In this document: positions 26,023 through 38,900 of the stretch, in pieces
Position numbering within the stretch: position 1 is the stretch's first letter
Layout: every line of letters begins with the position of its first letter
NCBI GenBank assembly: GCA_002269645.1
Contig: NIVC01000412.1
Span: 868,001 to 932,000 of the forward strand
Length of the DNA: 64,000 bases
Reading direction: 5' to 3'
DNA from: Macrostomum lignano
Taxonomy: Eukaryota
Program-made: the position numbers and the translations under genes
The notes under the pieces: model-generated
Databases searched by the model: none
What the model was told of the DNA's origin: nothing
What the model saw: only the letters and a program-made list of their open reading frames with translations

Positions 26023-26726
26023 CTGACCGCTTCTTGACTTGTCATCTCTTTTATGCCGTCCTTTTGTTTGTTGTACTGATTTATCTATGCTATTTAAATC
26101 TATCTTTAGCTAAGTTGAGCACTTTAATCTGCTTACAATAAGAAACTTAAATAATTAAAAGCCTTCAAATAGTTACTAGGAAACTGCAAAGTTTCCATTG
26201 ATCTTAGGTGAACTCGCATCGTGAGCTTGATTTTTTACGAAAGCTTATTTTGTAAACAAAACCATAGGGGAGAAGCTGTGCTATGGTATGTTTAATTACA
26301 ATATTTTTGCATTAAAACAACATTCTTCATCGTGTTTTTTTAGTTTTTTATTGACATCGTCTTCTTAACGCAGACTATACTACTCGTCCCCTAGCCACTA
26401 GTAGTAATATGCGTTTCTGTGTATGCATTAACTGTGGCGCACAAGTTTTATTACCTATCAAAATTTAACCAGCAAGTTTAAATCCATTCCAAAAACATTT
26501 TAGTTTTTCTAATAGTACCCATTGCCATGTAATCTGTTTTTTAACTTTAATTTGCATTTGCTAAGTAAAATAAATTTATTTCAAAGTTGAATTAGCGTCC
26601 CAACAACCAATGTGAATTGAAATGCACCAAATTTATTTGCTATGAATATCTTAATGCCCTAAACATTTGTAAAGTTTCAAACTTATTTTTCATTTGTCAG
26701 TTCGTCTTCAACTTCAAAACAGGCAT

Positions 26727-27836
26727 ATTAATCTCCCATTTATGGCATTCTGAGCAGACATATTAATCTCCCATTTATGGCATTCTGAGCAGACATTAAT
26801 CTAATTAATCTCCCATTTATGCCATTCTGGGCAGACATATTAATCTCCCATTTATGCCATTCTGAGCAGACATATTAATCTCCCATTTATGCCATTCTAA
26901 GCAGACATATTAATCTCCCATTTATGGCATTCTAAGCAGACATATTAATCTCCCATTTATGGCATTCTAAGCAGACATATTAATCTCCCATTTATGGCAT
27001 TCTAAGCAGACATATTAATCTCCCATTTATGGTATTCTAAGCAGACATATTAATCTCCCATTTATGGCATTCTGAGCAGACATATTAATCTTCCATTTAT
27101 GGCATTCTAAGCAGACATATTAATCTCCCATTAATGGTATTCTAAGCAGACATATTAATCTCCCATTTATGGTATTCTGAGCAGACATATTAATCTCCCA
27201 TTTATGCCATTCTGAGCAGACATATTAATCTCCCATTTATGCCATTCTAAGCAGACATATTAATCTCCCATTTATGCCATTCTGAGCAGACATTAATCTC
27301 CCATTTATGGCATTCTAAGCAGACATATTAATCTCCCATTAATGGTATTCTAAGCAGACATATTAATCTCCCATTTATGGTATTCTAAGCAGACATATTA
27401 ATCTCCCATTTATGGTATTCTAAGCAGACATATTAATCTCCCATTTATGGTATTCTGAGCAGACATATTAATCTTCCATTTATGGTATTCTGAGCAGACA
27501 TATTAATCTCCCATTTATGGCATTCTGAGCAGACATATTAATCTCCCATTTATGGTATTCTGAGCAGACATATTAATCTTCCATTTATGCCATTCTGAGC
27601 AGACATATTAATCTCCCATTTATGGCATTCTGAGCAGACATATTAATCTCCCATTTATGGCATTCTGAGCAGACATATTAATCTCCCATTTATGGCATTC
27701 TAAGCAGACATATTAATCTCCCATTTATGGTATTCTGAGCAGACATATTAATCTCCCATTTATGGCATTCTGAGCAGACATATTAATCTCCCATTTTTGG
27801 CATTCTGAGCAGACATATTAATCTCCCATTTATGGT
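26727..27836. repeat. 35-bp minisatellite
   Basis: (GACATATTAATCTCCCATTTATGGCATTCTGAGCA)n, about 31 units. Confidence 0.95.
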
Positions 27837-27995
27837 ATATTTTAACACAAAATTCACTAAGACACAACGCAGGCTAAATAGCGGAGAGGGAATCAATATT
27901 TATTTCGATGCCTTAAGCTTCAAGTAATTTCTAATTATTGATAGAACGGTCAGGTACTGGATTAAAAGTTAATAAAGTGTTATATTAGCCGACAG

Positions 27996-30598
27996 TCAGT
28001 CAGGCAGGCAGTTGGGCCCGGCGGCCTCAGCTGAGCAGAGGCACACGCAGACTAGAAATCCTTTCTTAGAACGGAACACTCTTGGCCCGGCGCCGGAGCC
28101 GCAGGAAACCGGATATGGGATGCCGCCGTAGGAGCAGGGAAAGTAGGATATGACCTCGCCTCTGCTGGCGACTGGTGCAGCTGTTTGAGAGCGGCGGTGG
28201 ACTGCTGTAAAATTTAACATTATTTAGTCAGTTTAGCACGCATTTATTGATCTACACAAGTGCAATCCCCTGTCACTTCTTCCTCAGCCAGCAATTCCCC
28301 AACCAGCAATTCCCCAGTCAATTCTTCCTCAGCCAGCAATTCCCCTGTCACTTCTTCCTCAGCCAGCAATTCCCCAGTCAATTCTTCCTCAGCCAGCAAT
28401 TCCCCAGTCAGTTCTTCCTCAGCCAGAAATTCCCCAGTCACTTCTTCCTCAGCCAGCAATTCCCCAGTCAGTTCTTCCTCAGCCAGAAATTCCCCAGTCA
28501 CTTCTTCCTCAGCCAGCAATTCCCCAGTCAGTTCTTCCTCAGCCAGAAATTCCCCAGTCACTTCTTCCTCAGCCAGCAATTCCCCAGTCAGTTCTTCCTC
28601 AGCCAGAAATTCCCCAGTCACTTCTTCCTCAGCCAGCAATTCCCCAGCCAGCAATTCCCCAGTCAATTCTTCCTCAGCCAGCAATTCCCCAGTCACTTCT
28701 TCCTCAGCCAGCAATTCCCCAGTCACTTCTTCCTCAGCCAGCAATTCCCCAGTCACTTCTTCCTCAGCCAGCAATTCCCCAGTCACTTCTTCCTCAGCCA
28801 GCAATTCCCCAGTCACTTCTTCCTCAGCCAGCAATTCCCCAGTCAGCAATTCCCCACACCGACACAAGCACCCAGTTCCAGTTTCAATGGCATAGCAACC
28901 AAAAGGACATTGCCAGCCACCTAGAATGAAACATTTTTGCTTAGCCAATTAAGTAAAAAAATATTGCACCGGCTGCTTGTTGAGATGATTGACAAAACTT
29001 TCCACGGCTCCATCAGTTGAGGCAATTAATAGTTTATTTGCACAGTGCACTAAATGCTGATCAAGTTGTCTAGTGAACAGGGGCTCGTTATGTCGGGTTT
29101 ATTGACCCCGAGGCAAAAACTAAATTCGAGATACGGCATGTAGCCCCCCCGCGGCTGTAGGTCTGTGACATGAAGGATCATAAAGGAAAAAGTGAAAAAC
29201 TTTATGACAGCACTACATACGTTCAGAGCCAACCAATAGACGGGCGCTAACCATGAGACAACTGGGCGCCAACCATGAGACAACTAGGCGCCAACCATGA
29301 GACAACTGGGCGCCAACCATGAGACAACTAGGCGCCAATCATGAGACAACTGGGCGCCAATCATGAGACAACTGGGCGCCAACTAAGAGAAAGTGGCGCC
29401 AATCATGAGACAACTGGGCGCCAACTAAGAGAAAGTGGCGCCAACTAAGAGACTGGGGCGCCAACTAAGAGACAGTGGCGCCAACTAAGAGACAGTGGCG
29501 CCAACTAAGAGACTGGGGCGCCAACTAAGAGACAGTGGCGCCAATCATGAGACAACTGGGCGCCAACTAAGAGAAAGTGGCGCCAATCATGAGACAACTG
29601 GGCGCCAACTAAGAGAAAGTGGCGCCAATCATGAGACAACTGGGCGCCAACTAAGAGAAAGTGGCGCCAACCAAGAGACTGGGGCGCCAACTAAGAGACA
29701 GTGGCGCCAACCAAGAGACTGTGGCGCCAACTAAGAGACAGTGGCGCCAACTAAGAGACAGTGGCGCCAACTAAGAGACAGTGGCGCCAACTAAGAGACT
29801 GGGGCGCCAACTAAGAGACTGGGGCGCCAATTAAGAGACAATGGCGCCAACTAAGAGACAGTGGCGCCAACTAAGAGACAGTGGCGCCAACTAAGAGACT
29901 GGGGCGCCAACTAAGAGACTGGGGCGCCAACTAAGAGACAGTGGCGCCAACTAAGAGACAGTGGCGCCAACTAAGAGAAAGTGGCGCCAACTAAGAGACA
30001 GTGGCGCCAACTAAGAGACAGTGGCGCCAACTAAGAGACTGGTGCGCCAACTAAGAGACTGGGGCGCCAACTAAGAGACAGTGGCGCCAACTAAGAGACA
30101 GTGGCGCCAACTAAGAGACTGGGGCGCCAACTAAGAGACAGTGGCGCCAACTAAGAGACAGTGGCGCCAACTAAGAGACAGTGGCGCCAACTAAGAGACA
30201 GTGGCGCCAACTAAGAGACTGGGGCGCCAACTAAGAGACTGGGGCGCCAACTAAGAGACAGTGGCGCCAACTAAGAGTCAGCAAATAAATCAACAAATCA
30301 GCAATATCACAGACAAGGACACCAACCAAGACACTAAATATTGGCGCCCCTACGGCTCCCTAAAAATTAAAAGTTAATCCATGCACGATAAACGTTTTGC
30401 TGCTGTCAGTCACGCACAACAAATTGTGTAAAATTTCTGACCTTGCGGGTCGGGAATGGAGTAGGCCAGCCGCTCGTACTTCTGCACCCACATGGCCTGA
30501 GCTGTTCCGGCAAAGAATCCAAACATCATCAGGAGCAGCAGAAAGAGGCGAATTTTGGGCGGCGAAGTCGACCAACAGCCTGTAAATCGGCTGCGCAT
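27996..30598 (-). CDS. Orphan small secreted Cys-rich protein; proposed exons 30598-30442, 28920-28858, 28204-27996 (~142 aa)
   Basis: Signal peptide LFLLLLMMFGFFAGTAQA; good GTCAGA donor and TTCTAG / TTACAG acceptors; GC-rich Cys-containing frames. The exon 2 donor is weak. Confidence 0.5.
28262..28856. repeat. 33-bp minisatellite
   Basis: (CAGTCACTTCTTCCTCAGCCAGCAATTCCC..)n; open in all three frames shown. Confidence 0.95.
29243..30277. repeat. 20-22-bp minisatellite (GGCGCCAACTAAGAGACAGT)n
   Basis: Tandem units in intron 1 of the orphan gene. Confidence 0.95.
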
Positions 30599-30719
30599 TG
30601 CGGCCGCGAAGTTTCTTGCTGTCGGCAGCTGCTTGAGGGCGCTCTGTGAGCGAAGTTCAGTGATAGACAGTTTACTGATAAAACTGCGAATTTGAGACTT
30701 GACTTTGGGCTCAGCTTCT

Positions 30720-31310
30720 GACTCAATATTGGCGACTCGACTCAATATTGGCGTCTCTTTCGACTCAATACTGGCGCCTCTTTTGACTCAATATTGGTGC
30801 CTTCTTGACTTGATACTGGGGCCTTTTTGACTAAACTCTGGCGCCTCTTTTGACTCAATATTGGCCTCTCTTTTAACTTGATACTGGGGACTTTTTGACT
30901 AAACTCTGGCGCCTCTTTTGACTCCATGTTGGTGCCTTCTTGACTCAATATTGGCGCCTCTTTTGACTCAATATTGGCACCTCTTTTGACTCAATATTGG
31001 CGCATCTTTTGACTCAATATTGGTGCCTTTTTGACTCAACATTGGCGCCTATTTTGACTCCATATTGGTGCCTTTTTTGACTCAATATTGGGGCTATTTT
31101 GACCCAATATTGGCGCCACTTTTGACACAATATTGGCGCCTCTTTTGTCTCAATATTGGCGCCACTTGACTCATATTGGCGCCTCTTTTGATTCAATATC
31201 GGCGCTTCATTTTACTCAATATTGGCGCCTCTTTTGACTAAATTCTGGCGCCTGTTTTGACTCATATTGGTTGGCTCCTCCTTTGACTCAATACTGGCGC
31301 CTCTTTTGAC
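30720..31310. repeat. 23-bp minisatellite (GACTCAATATTGGCGCCTCTTTT)n
   Basis: Tandem units, moderately diverged. Confidence 0.9.
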
Positions 31311-31884
31311 AGTAAATATTAGTGCCTCTCTTCACTCAATTTACGGCGTTTCCGACCTAATTTTGGCACCGCTTTTATATTCAATTTTTTGCGGTAAAAG
31401 CCACGTCGATTTGTACATTTACGATACTATATACACTGATGTACATGGCTCAGTTTCCAGTAAAAATTGATGCAGACAATTGTCGATTTGGGAATTTAGT
31501 TTTTTTCCCAATTTCGCTCGTTGACGGCGTCGCAATGCATCGAAAAGTCAATTTAAAAGGCGGCGACAGTCGCGAATTGGAATTTTATTGTGTAAACTGT
31601 TTTTTTCTGGGAAATTCCCTCAATGCGCCTCCGCCTGCCTGCAGTGGCCACTCAGCCACTGATCGAGTAGAAAGCAATTTCAAGGCCCTGGGGACACCCG
31701 GAGGCTCTAATAGCCGTCAGAGTCCAGTCATCAGCGACTTTGCCGATTTTATAATCATCAGTGATAAATTTTTAACAAGCCATGGACGACTGAGGCCATG
31801 GACTACTTTTAGACCTGGATTGGAATTCGGAACCATTTGCGCCCGGCGGGCTTGATTTTAGCGCCTGCGCTGACTACTGTATTT

Positions 31885-32260
31885 TTGGCGCCATTCCTAA
31901 TGATTATAATTTGGCGCCATTCCTGATGATTTTAATTTGGCGCCATTCCTGATAATTATAATTTGGCGCCATTCCTGACGATTATAATTTGGCGCCATTC
32001 CTGATGATTATAATTTGGCGCCATTCCTGACGATTATAATTTGGCGCCACTCCTGACGATTATAATTTGGCGCCATTCCTGATGATTATAATTTGGCGCT
32101 ATTCCTGACGATTATAATTTGGCGCCACTCCTGACGATTATAATTTGGCGCCATTCCTGACTATTATATTTTGGCACCATCCCTGATGATTATATTTTGG
32201 CGCCATTCCTGACGATTATCTTTCGGCGCCATCTCTGACTATTACAATTTGGTGCCATCC
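31885..32260. repeat. 26-bp minisatellite (GGCGCCATTCCTGATGATTATAATTT)n
   Basis: Tandem units. Confidence 0.92.
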
Positions 32261-32999
32261 CCTAAAAGCTTTAGCACTGACAAGCCCTGATTTCTAGGCC
32301 AGACAATCATGCTAATGAATGGTGTTTCGGTCTGACAGTTTTCAAATCCAGGATGTACATAACCGATTGAAAATGGCAGTCCTTGGAAAGTTGCCATTGC
32401 ACCAACCAATGCTTGCTTTGAATTAGAATTGTGAAACCATGAAACCAATTATCGAATGCAGAGGAAGTTTCTAAAAACCTCAACACGAAGTTTTTCCTCA
32501 GTTCTCGCGAATTTCTACAAAAAAGCATAAAAAGTGGAATAAATTTGGCCTTAACTTCAGCCCGCTTGCTTCTGTTGCATTGTTTGGCTGTCAACTGGGA
32601 ATTATGAATTATTGATCGGCTGACTCAATGACTCAATCGGCTGTTCAGATATTTCATTGCAATTTGATGGCTATAGTTTTAGCTGATGGCCATTAATAGA
32701 TAAGAGCTATAGCCCTGTCTCACTCTGACTGGTCATTGATGAGTAGCTGCGCACTTAGATTGGACTATAGCGGTGCTAGACTCATGCCAGTGTACCTGTA
32801 CATTTTTACTCCCTCACATGTACAAGTGCAAGTGCAGACTGGGCACTGATAGCCTCAACTATATATGAATTAGATATATTAATGCAAAACTGGTTTTAAG
32901 TTTTTATAAATTTATAGAATTATGAGCTAATTAGATGATATACATGTAGCGGATAGAGATAAGCAGTTTACAGGTACTCAGATTTATAGATAGGGAAGG

Positions 33000-33260
33000 A
33001 GGGGTGCGGCAGGGGAGATGCAGAGGATTTCGAGGGGGGAGATGGAGGGGATGCAGAGGGGGAGACGGAGGGGATGCGGAGGGGGAGACGGAGGGGATGC
33101 AGAGGGGGAGAAGAAGGGGATGCGGAGGGGGAGAAGGAGGGGATGCAGAGGGGGGACAGAGGGGGAGACAGGATGCGGAGGGGAAATGGAAGGGATGCGG
33201 AGGGGATTTGGAAGGGTGCAGAGGGGATGCGGGGGGGAGATGTATGCAGGGGATTCGGAA
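33000..33260. repeat. G-rich degenerate repeat (GGGGAGACGGAGGGGATGC..)
   Basis: Similar to the 36865-37420 unit. Confidence 0.75.
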
Positions 33261-33964
33261 GAACATGCGGAGGGAAAAATGAAGTCAAGATGAGGGGAGC
33301 AGAAGGAAGCAGTACCTCATGAAAAGAGCCAAAATTTCTCCTAGTACCGCAAATCTCACCCAATTACTCACCGGTCTGATAGCCGAAAAATTCTAATCGA
33401 TAAAATAAACACTAAAACAGTAGCACTCCTCCAGCAACTTCCATAATATACTAGATTTAGATTTTAAGTGTTAATTAGGACTCTGCAGACTGCTCACAAC
33501 GCAAGCACTACCAGTAAAAATTTGAGAAGTTATTTGGCAGCAGTTTAGCATAAGAGACTGTCTAAATTGTATAAAACTGTCCCTTTTTATACAAGCCGAG
33601 GAGTGCAAGCCGATTGGTTGGCTCCTTGATTAGGCGTTGCCGTTTATATTTGGAGAAAAAATAACCACCCGTACTACTTACTCGGCGTTTAAAGCGTAAG
33701 AGAAGGTAATTAGAATCAAACCAGTTTATTTAATAAATAATAAATCGCTGCATTTACCCAGCTCTAATGCTTGTAACAAGCAAATGTTTAAACAGAAAAT
33801 CACAATATAAGCCCAACAAAACCAAATGGAACTAGCCGCCTTGAATATCTAAATTCGGCTCCTATTGCTCTGCCACTGTAATCAGTCTCTGCTTCATCAA
33901 CTCCTCAACAATAACACTTTTTCTTACTATTTCAATCCTCCCCGGTCTTTCCTTACTCAACAAC

Positions 33965-34798
33965 CACCCCACCGCTCTTTCCTATACCCACCACCCTACC
34001 GCTCTTTCCTACACCCACCACCCCACCGCTCTTTCCTACACCCACCACCCCACCGCTCTTTCCTATACCCACCACCCTACCGCTCTTTCCTACACCCACC
34101 ACCCCACCGCTCTTTCCTACACCCACCATCCCACCGCTCTTTCCTACACCCACCATCCCACCGCTCTTTCCTACACCCACCATCCCACCGCTCTTTCCTA
34201 CACCCACCATCCCACCGTTCTTTCCTACACCCACCATCCCACCGCTCTTTCCTACACCCACCATCCCACCGCTCTTTCCTACACCCACCATCCCACCGCT
34301 CTTTCCTACACCCACCATCCCACCGCTCTTTCCTACACCCACCATCCCACCGCTCTTTCCTACACCCACCATCCCACCGCTCTTTCCTACACCCACCACC
34401 CCACCGCTCGTTCCTATACCCACCACCCCACCGCTCTTTCCTACACCCACCATCCCACCGCTCTTTCCTACACCCACCACCCCACCGCTCTTTCCTATAC
34501 CCACCATCCCACCGCTCTTTCCTACACCCACCACCCCACCGCTCTTTCCTATACCCACCACCCCACCGCTCTTTACTACACCCACCACGCCACCGCCTTT
34601 TCCTACACCCACCACCCCACCGCTCTTTCCTACACCCACCACCCCAACGCTTTTTACTACACCCACCACGCCACCGCCTTTTCCTACACCCACCACCCCA
34701 CCGCTCTTTACTACACCCATCACCCCACCGCCCTTTCCTACACCCACCACCCCACCGCTCTTTACTACACCCACCACCCCACCGCCCTTTCCTACACC
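33965..34798. repeat. 27-bp minisatellite (CCACCGCTCTTTCCTACACCCACCATC)n
   Basis: Tandem units; source of the HRSFLHPPS and VGVGKSGG ORFs. Confidence 0.95.
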
Positions 34799-35984
34799 CT
34801 AAAAACTACTAAATTTGAATCCAGTTGTCACTACTTAAAGTAGGAAAAAGAAAAAAACAAAATTAAAGTGTGTGCTTCATAATAACAATTGCAATAAAGA
34901 CAAACCCAAAAAACCTTATGTCAAATTATGTATTTTAACTAATTTAAATATGTTTATTAAAATCAATAAAAAGATCAGAAAAACAAAAAGTTCTTTTGAT
35001 CTTTTGAGCCAAAAATATCACCTAGTTAAAAAAGAACTACATTATGAACTGGATCACGCATCTTACGAAGCATACATATATTGTAGTTTGAATTTTATTT
35101 CAGTACAATAGTAATAAGAGTCAATGCAGAAACACCGAACTGAAATGAGATTACAGTTTTGTGACCCGATATAACAAGGCTCGGATGCAAAAACAAGTAG
35201 TAAATCGATTAAATCGTTTGATAGCTAGGCAACTACTTTTATAAAGGAACCTGTTGGAATGCTTAAAAATCTTAAACAGTTAAGAAAGACAATAAATGTT
35301 TTTGCTTAGCAATCAAAGGAATATTTTGATTGGGGTAGAGCATAGATACTAGAATAACTATTATATAGATGGGCCACTCAGCAAATTTGCGTGAGAGCTA
35401 CTTTCAGTTCAGTAGTAAGGTAAACAGAAGCATTTTCATGTATTTTTAAAGCCAAGGCTCATTTATTGAACCCTCCAACCGAGCCTTTCCACACTCACCC
35501 AGCCCCAATTTTTATTGCCTTTTTCGGAATTCCAGCCTAAAGCTGCTATGTACATTTCAGTGGACTGGCTAATGTACATTATTGCTGAACCAATTAGCAA
35601 GTTGTTTAAACCTGCAAGCTTGAGCTTCTAAACTTATCAAAGTTATTTTAGCCGCCTTTATTTTTATAAAATAGCTTATGTATTCTTCTTTGCTACTGAA
35701 CTGAAAGTAGAATGAAAGTAGAAAGCTGTTTTACTAGGTAAAGGTGCCTGAGTGGCCCATTTAGTTATCTTAGAATCTGTGGGGTACAGTTAATATATAC
35801 TATTGATAATATTATGTAATATGAAATAACTATTTAGTATGTAAACATTCGCAACAAGGCAACATTGTCCCGCAATGCATCAACCCAGCTGGGGTTTTAT
35901 TACTTTTTGTCTATGGCCAAAATCTGACGACAAAGCCTGGTGCTTGAAAATCTGCAGTCTAGATTAGAAGCCCAGAGCAACAGT

Positions 35985-38900
35985 TCACCTAGCAACCAAC
36001 GCGGCAGCTGGCTGCTCGAGCACCTGCACTCGAACTCGACTGGTGACGCACAGCACAGGGTACAGGCTGCTGCACCTCGTGCCAAGCAGTTCAACTCCGC
36101 TAAGCGAAGCATTGCTGCTACTAGAAGAAGAGTCTTGCTGCTGCTGTTGTTGTTCGGAGATTTCATAAGCCAGTGCAGCCGGGCCGTGCGGCGGCAGGGA
36201 CAGGCGGAAGCAGACCCGCAAGGAAACGCTGCCATTGCTGCTACTAGAAGAAGAAGAAGCGGGAGATAGCGGCAGCCGGCAGACAGGCCGCTGGGCCAGC
36301 TCTCCGCCTCTAGCAATGAAAGCGACGCAGCGCTCCGTCACAATCAGTCCGAATCCGCAGTCGCCAAGCAACAGTCGCTGCTGCTGTTGCTGCTTCTGCG
36401 CCAAAGAAGAAGACGAATTGGAATTAAAATTCCCAGCAGACAAAATTGGACGCTCTGATACGCCTGTAGAAGCGAGAATATCCGACCACTGAGGCTGCTG
36501 CTGATGCAAGTGCTGGTGCTGGCCCCAGCCAATCAGAATCGTCCACGAAGTCCCATTAGAGACTGGGCAGTCGGGGCTGAACACGGCGGTTGAGAAGCCC
36601 CAAGTGGACGCCTCGCGCGGGAACAGCGCCTGCGCAGCTGACGGCTTGCCAGTGCCGCCGCCATTACTATGAGTAGTTGAAGCCGTATCAGGATGAGACT
36701 CGGGAATGCTTCCGGCAGTTCCAGGTGGCCGGCAGCTGCAAAGCACGCGCGATTGATTGAATGGGAATATGATAGCTTCCGTGTCGCAATTGAGGGATTT
36801 AGGGAAACAGGGAGACAAAAGAGACGGGAAGATGGAAGGATGGAGAAGTTGTGAGAAACGGAAAGGAAAGTGGGGAGACGGAGGGGAAAATAAGAAGACG
36901 GAGGGGAAAGTGGGGAGACGGAGGGAAAAGCGGGGAGACGGAGGGGAAGTGGGGAGACGGAGGGAAAAGTGGGGAGACGGAGGGAAAAGTGGGGAGACAG
37001 AGGGGAAAATAAGAAGACGGAGGGGAAAGCGGGGAGACTGAGGGGAAAGCGGGGAGACGGAGGGGAAAGCGGGGAGACAGAGGGGAAAGCGGGGAGACGG
37101 AGGGAAAAGTGGGGAGACAGAGGGGAAAGCGGAGAGACGGAGGGGAAAGCGGGAGACGGAGGGGAAAGCGGGGAGACGGAGGGGGAAGCGGGGAGACGGA
37201 GGGGAAAGCGGGGAGACGGAGGGGAAAGCGGGGAGACGGAGGGGAAAGCGGGGAGACTGAGGGGAAAGCGGGGAGACGGAGGGGAAAGCGGGAAAACGGA
37301 GGAGAAAGCGGGAAAACGGAGAAAGCGGGAAAACGGAGGGGAAAGCGGGAAAACGGAGGGGAAAGCGGGAAAACGGAGGGGAAAGCGGGAAAACGGAGGG
37401 GAAAGCGGGAAAACGGAGGGGAAGAGCCATAAGAGAGCACAAGACGTCCCGCCAGCACCTCGCACCCGCGTCTCACCTGCGCTCCTCGTCAGCTGCCTGC
37501 CCGGCTCTCGGCGGCGCCGCCAGCAGCCAGACCTCCGCCAGGTGTCGCCGCAGCCGGTCGTTGAACTCGGCAGGCAGCTGCTTGGCCTCGGCCGCCCGAG
37601 ACTCCAAGCCGAGACGCAGAGCGGCGCCAGAGTCGGCCAGCGAGCTCGCCTTGTCGGAGCAGCGGTCGAACTGGCGAAGGCCGGCCAGGTAGGCGGACAC
37701 CTGCAGGTCTGTCTGGTCAGTGGCTGCATCGGTTGCTAGGGAAGTCCCGGCTGATGATGGCGGCGAGGCTGAAGACTGCAGCAGCTGGCGGGACACTCGG
37801 GTCAGCCGGGAGGAGAGTCGACTCTGGAGAATATGACCCGTCATTTAATAAGTAAGATCAGTCATTCAGTATCCATGACTACAGTTATTTATTCTCTATG
37901 ACCAGTCATTTAATATGCATGACCCGTCATCCAGTATCCATGACGCGTCATTCAATATGCATGACCAGTTATTCAATATGCATGACCCGTCATTCAATAT
38001 CCATGACCAGTCATTCAATCAGTATGACCAGTCATTCAATATTCATAAACGGTCATTCAATATGCATGACCAGTCATTCAACATCCATGACCCGTCATTC
38101 ACCTGAGCAGCCAGCTGTCTCTCCAGCCGCGCCGCCGCCTCCGCGGCATCTTCAAGCGCCGCAGCCCGGTATTCCGCGTCCGCCCGGACCGCCCGGACAG
38201 CCGCCGCCAAATCCAGCGCCGCCCGCCGACTCTGCAGCTCCAGAGTGCGGCGCGCCTCGACAATCGTCGACCTGAGCCGGTCCCTTGCCCGTCTGGTCGA
38301 CGTCGCCTCTCTGTCGACTTCCAGCGCTAGGGCGGCGGCTTTCTCGCCAAGCTGTCGACACTTGGCACGTCGAGCTTCGGCTGCCGCTGTTAGTGTGATC
38401 AACGAGTGGCCGGCGTGTCGGCCAGCTGGCGTCGATGTCGACGGGGCTGATCTCGACATCGACGCCGATGTCGATTCGGGACTGTCGTCGTCGACGGCGA
38501 GACAGTCGGTGCAGACGCCGACGTCGCAGGTGGCGCAGTGCAGTCGAATCTGGTTGGCGGGATGTCGGGGGCACAGCGGGAGGCTGCCGCCGGCGCCGAC
38601 GCCGCGCTGACTTTGGCGACTCCTCGACTTCTCGCCGTTGGCACTCGAAGAAGGCGGCAGCGGTTTCGGCGGCTGTTGCTGGCCTCGGCGATAGCGGAGG
38701 GAGCGTCTAAGGCGTCTGAGAACGTCGGCGTCTCCGGCTAGTTGGACTACGGCGTGTCGACGCAACGGCCCGAGGCTCGGGTGGTAGCGGCGAAGGCAGT
38801 CGGTGCAGTAGGCCACCTCGCACTGGGGACAGTAGAGCTCGGCTGGCCGGCTGCAGGGGGCGTGGGATTCTCATGCTGATGATTGGGATTTCTCATGCTG

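Noticed and set aside
31439-31855. 138-aa ORF
   Set aside because: No recognisable motif, GTA/GTG-type start context and mixed composition; no supporting splice structure
32242-32594. Possible extra TRIM 3' exon or separate ORFs
   Set aside because: Frames are short and unrecognisable; splicing from 35988 would add only about 6 codons; unsupported
33342-33676. Academ-like TAGTAC..GTACTA element
   Set aside because: Inverted match only 6 bp and no TSD
33865-34812. 315-aa HRSFLHPPS and 274-aa VGVGKSGG repeat proteins
   Set aside because: 27-bp stop-free minisatellite with non-ATG starts and no splice or gene context
35900-38741. Overlapping alternative-frame and antisense ORFs over the TRIM exons
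   Set aside because: Shadow ORFs of GC-rich coding sequence and G-rich repeats
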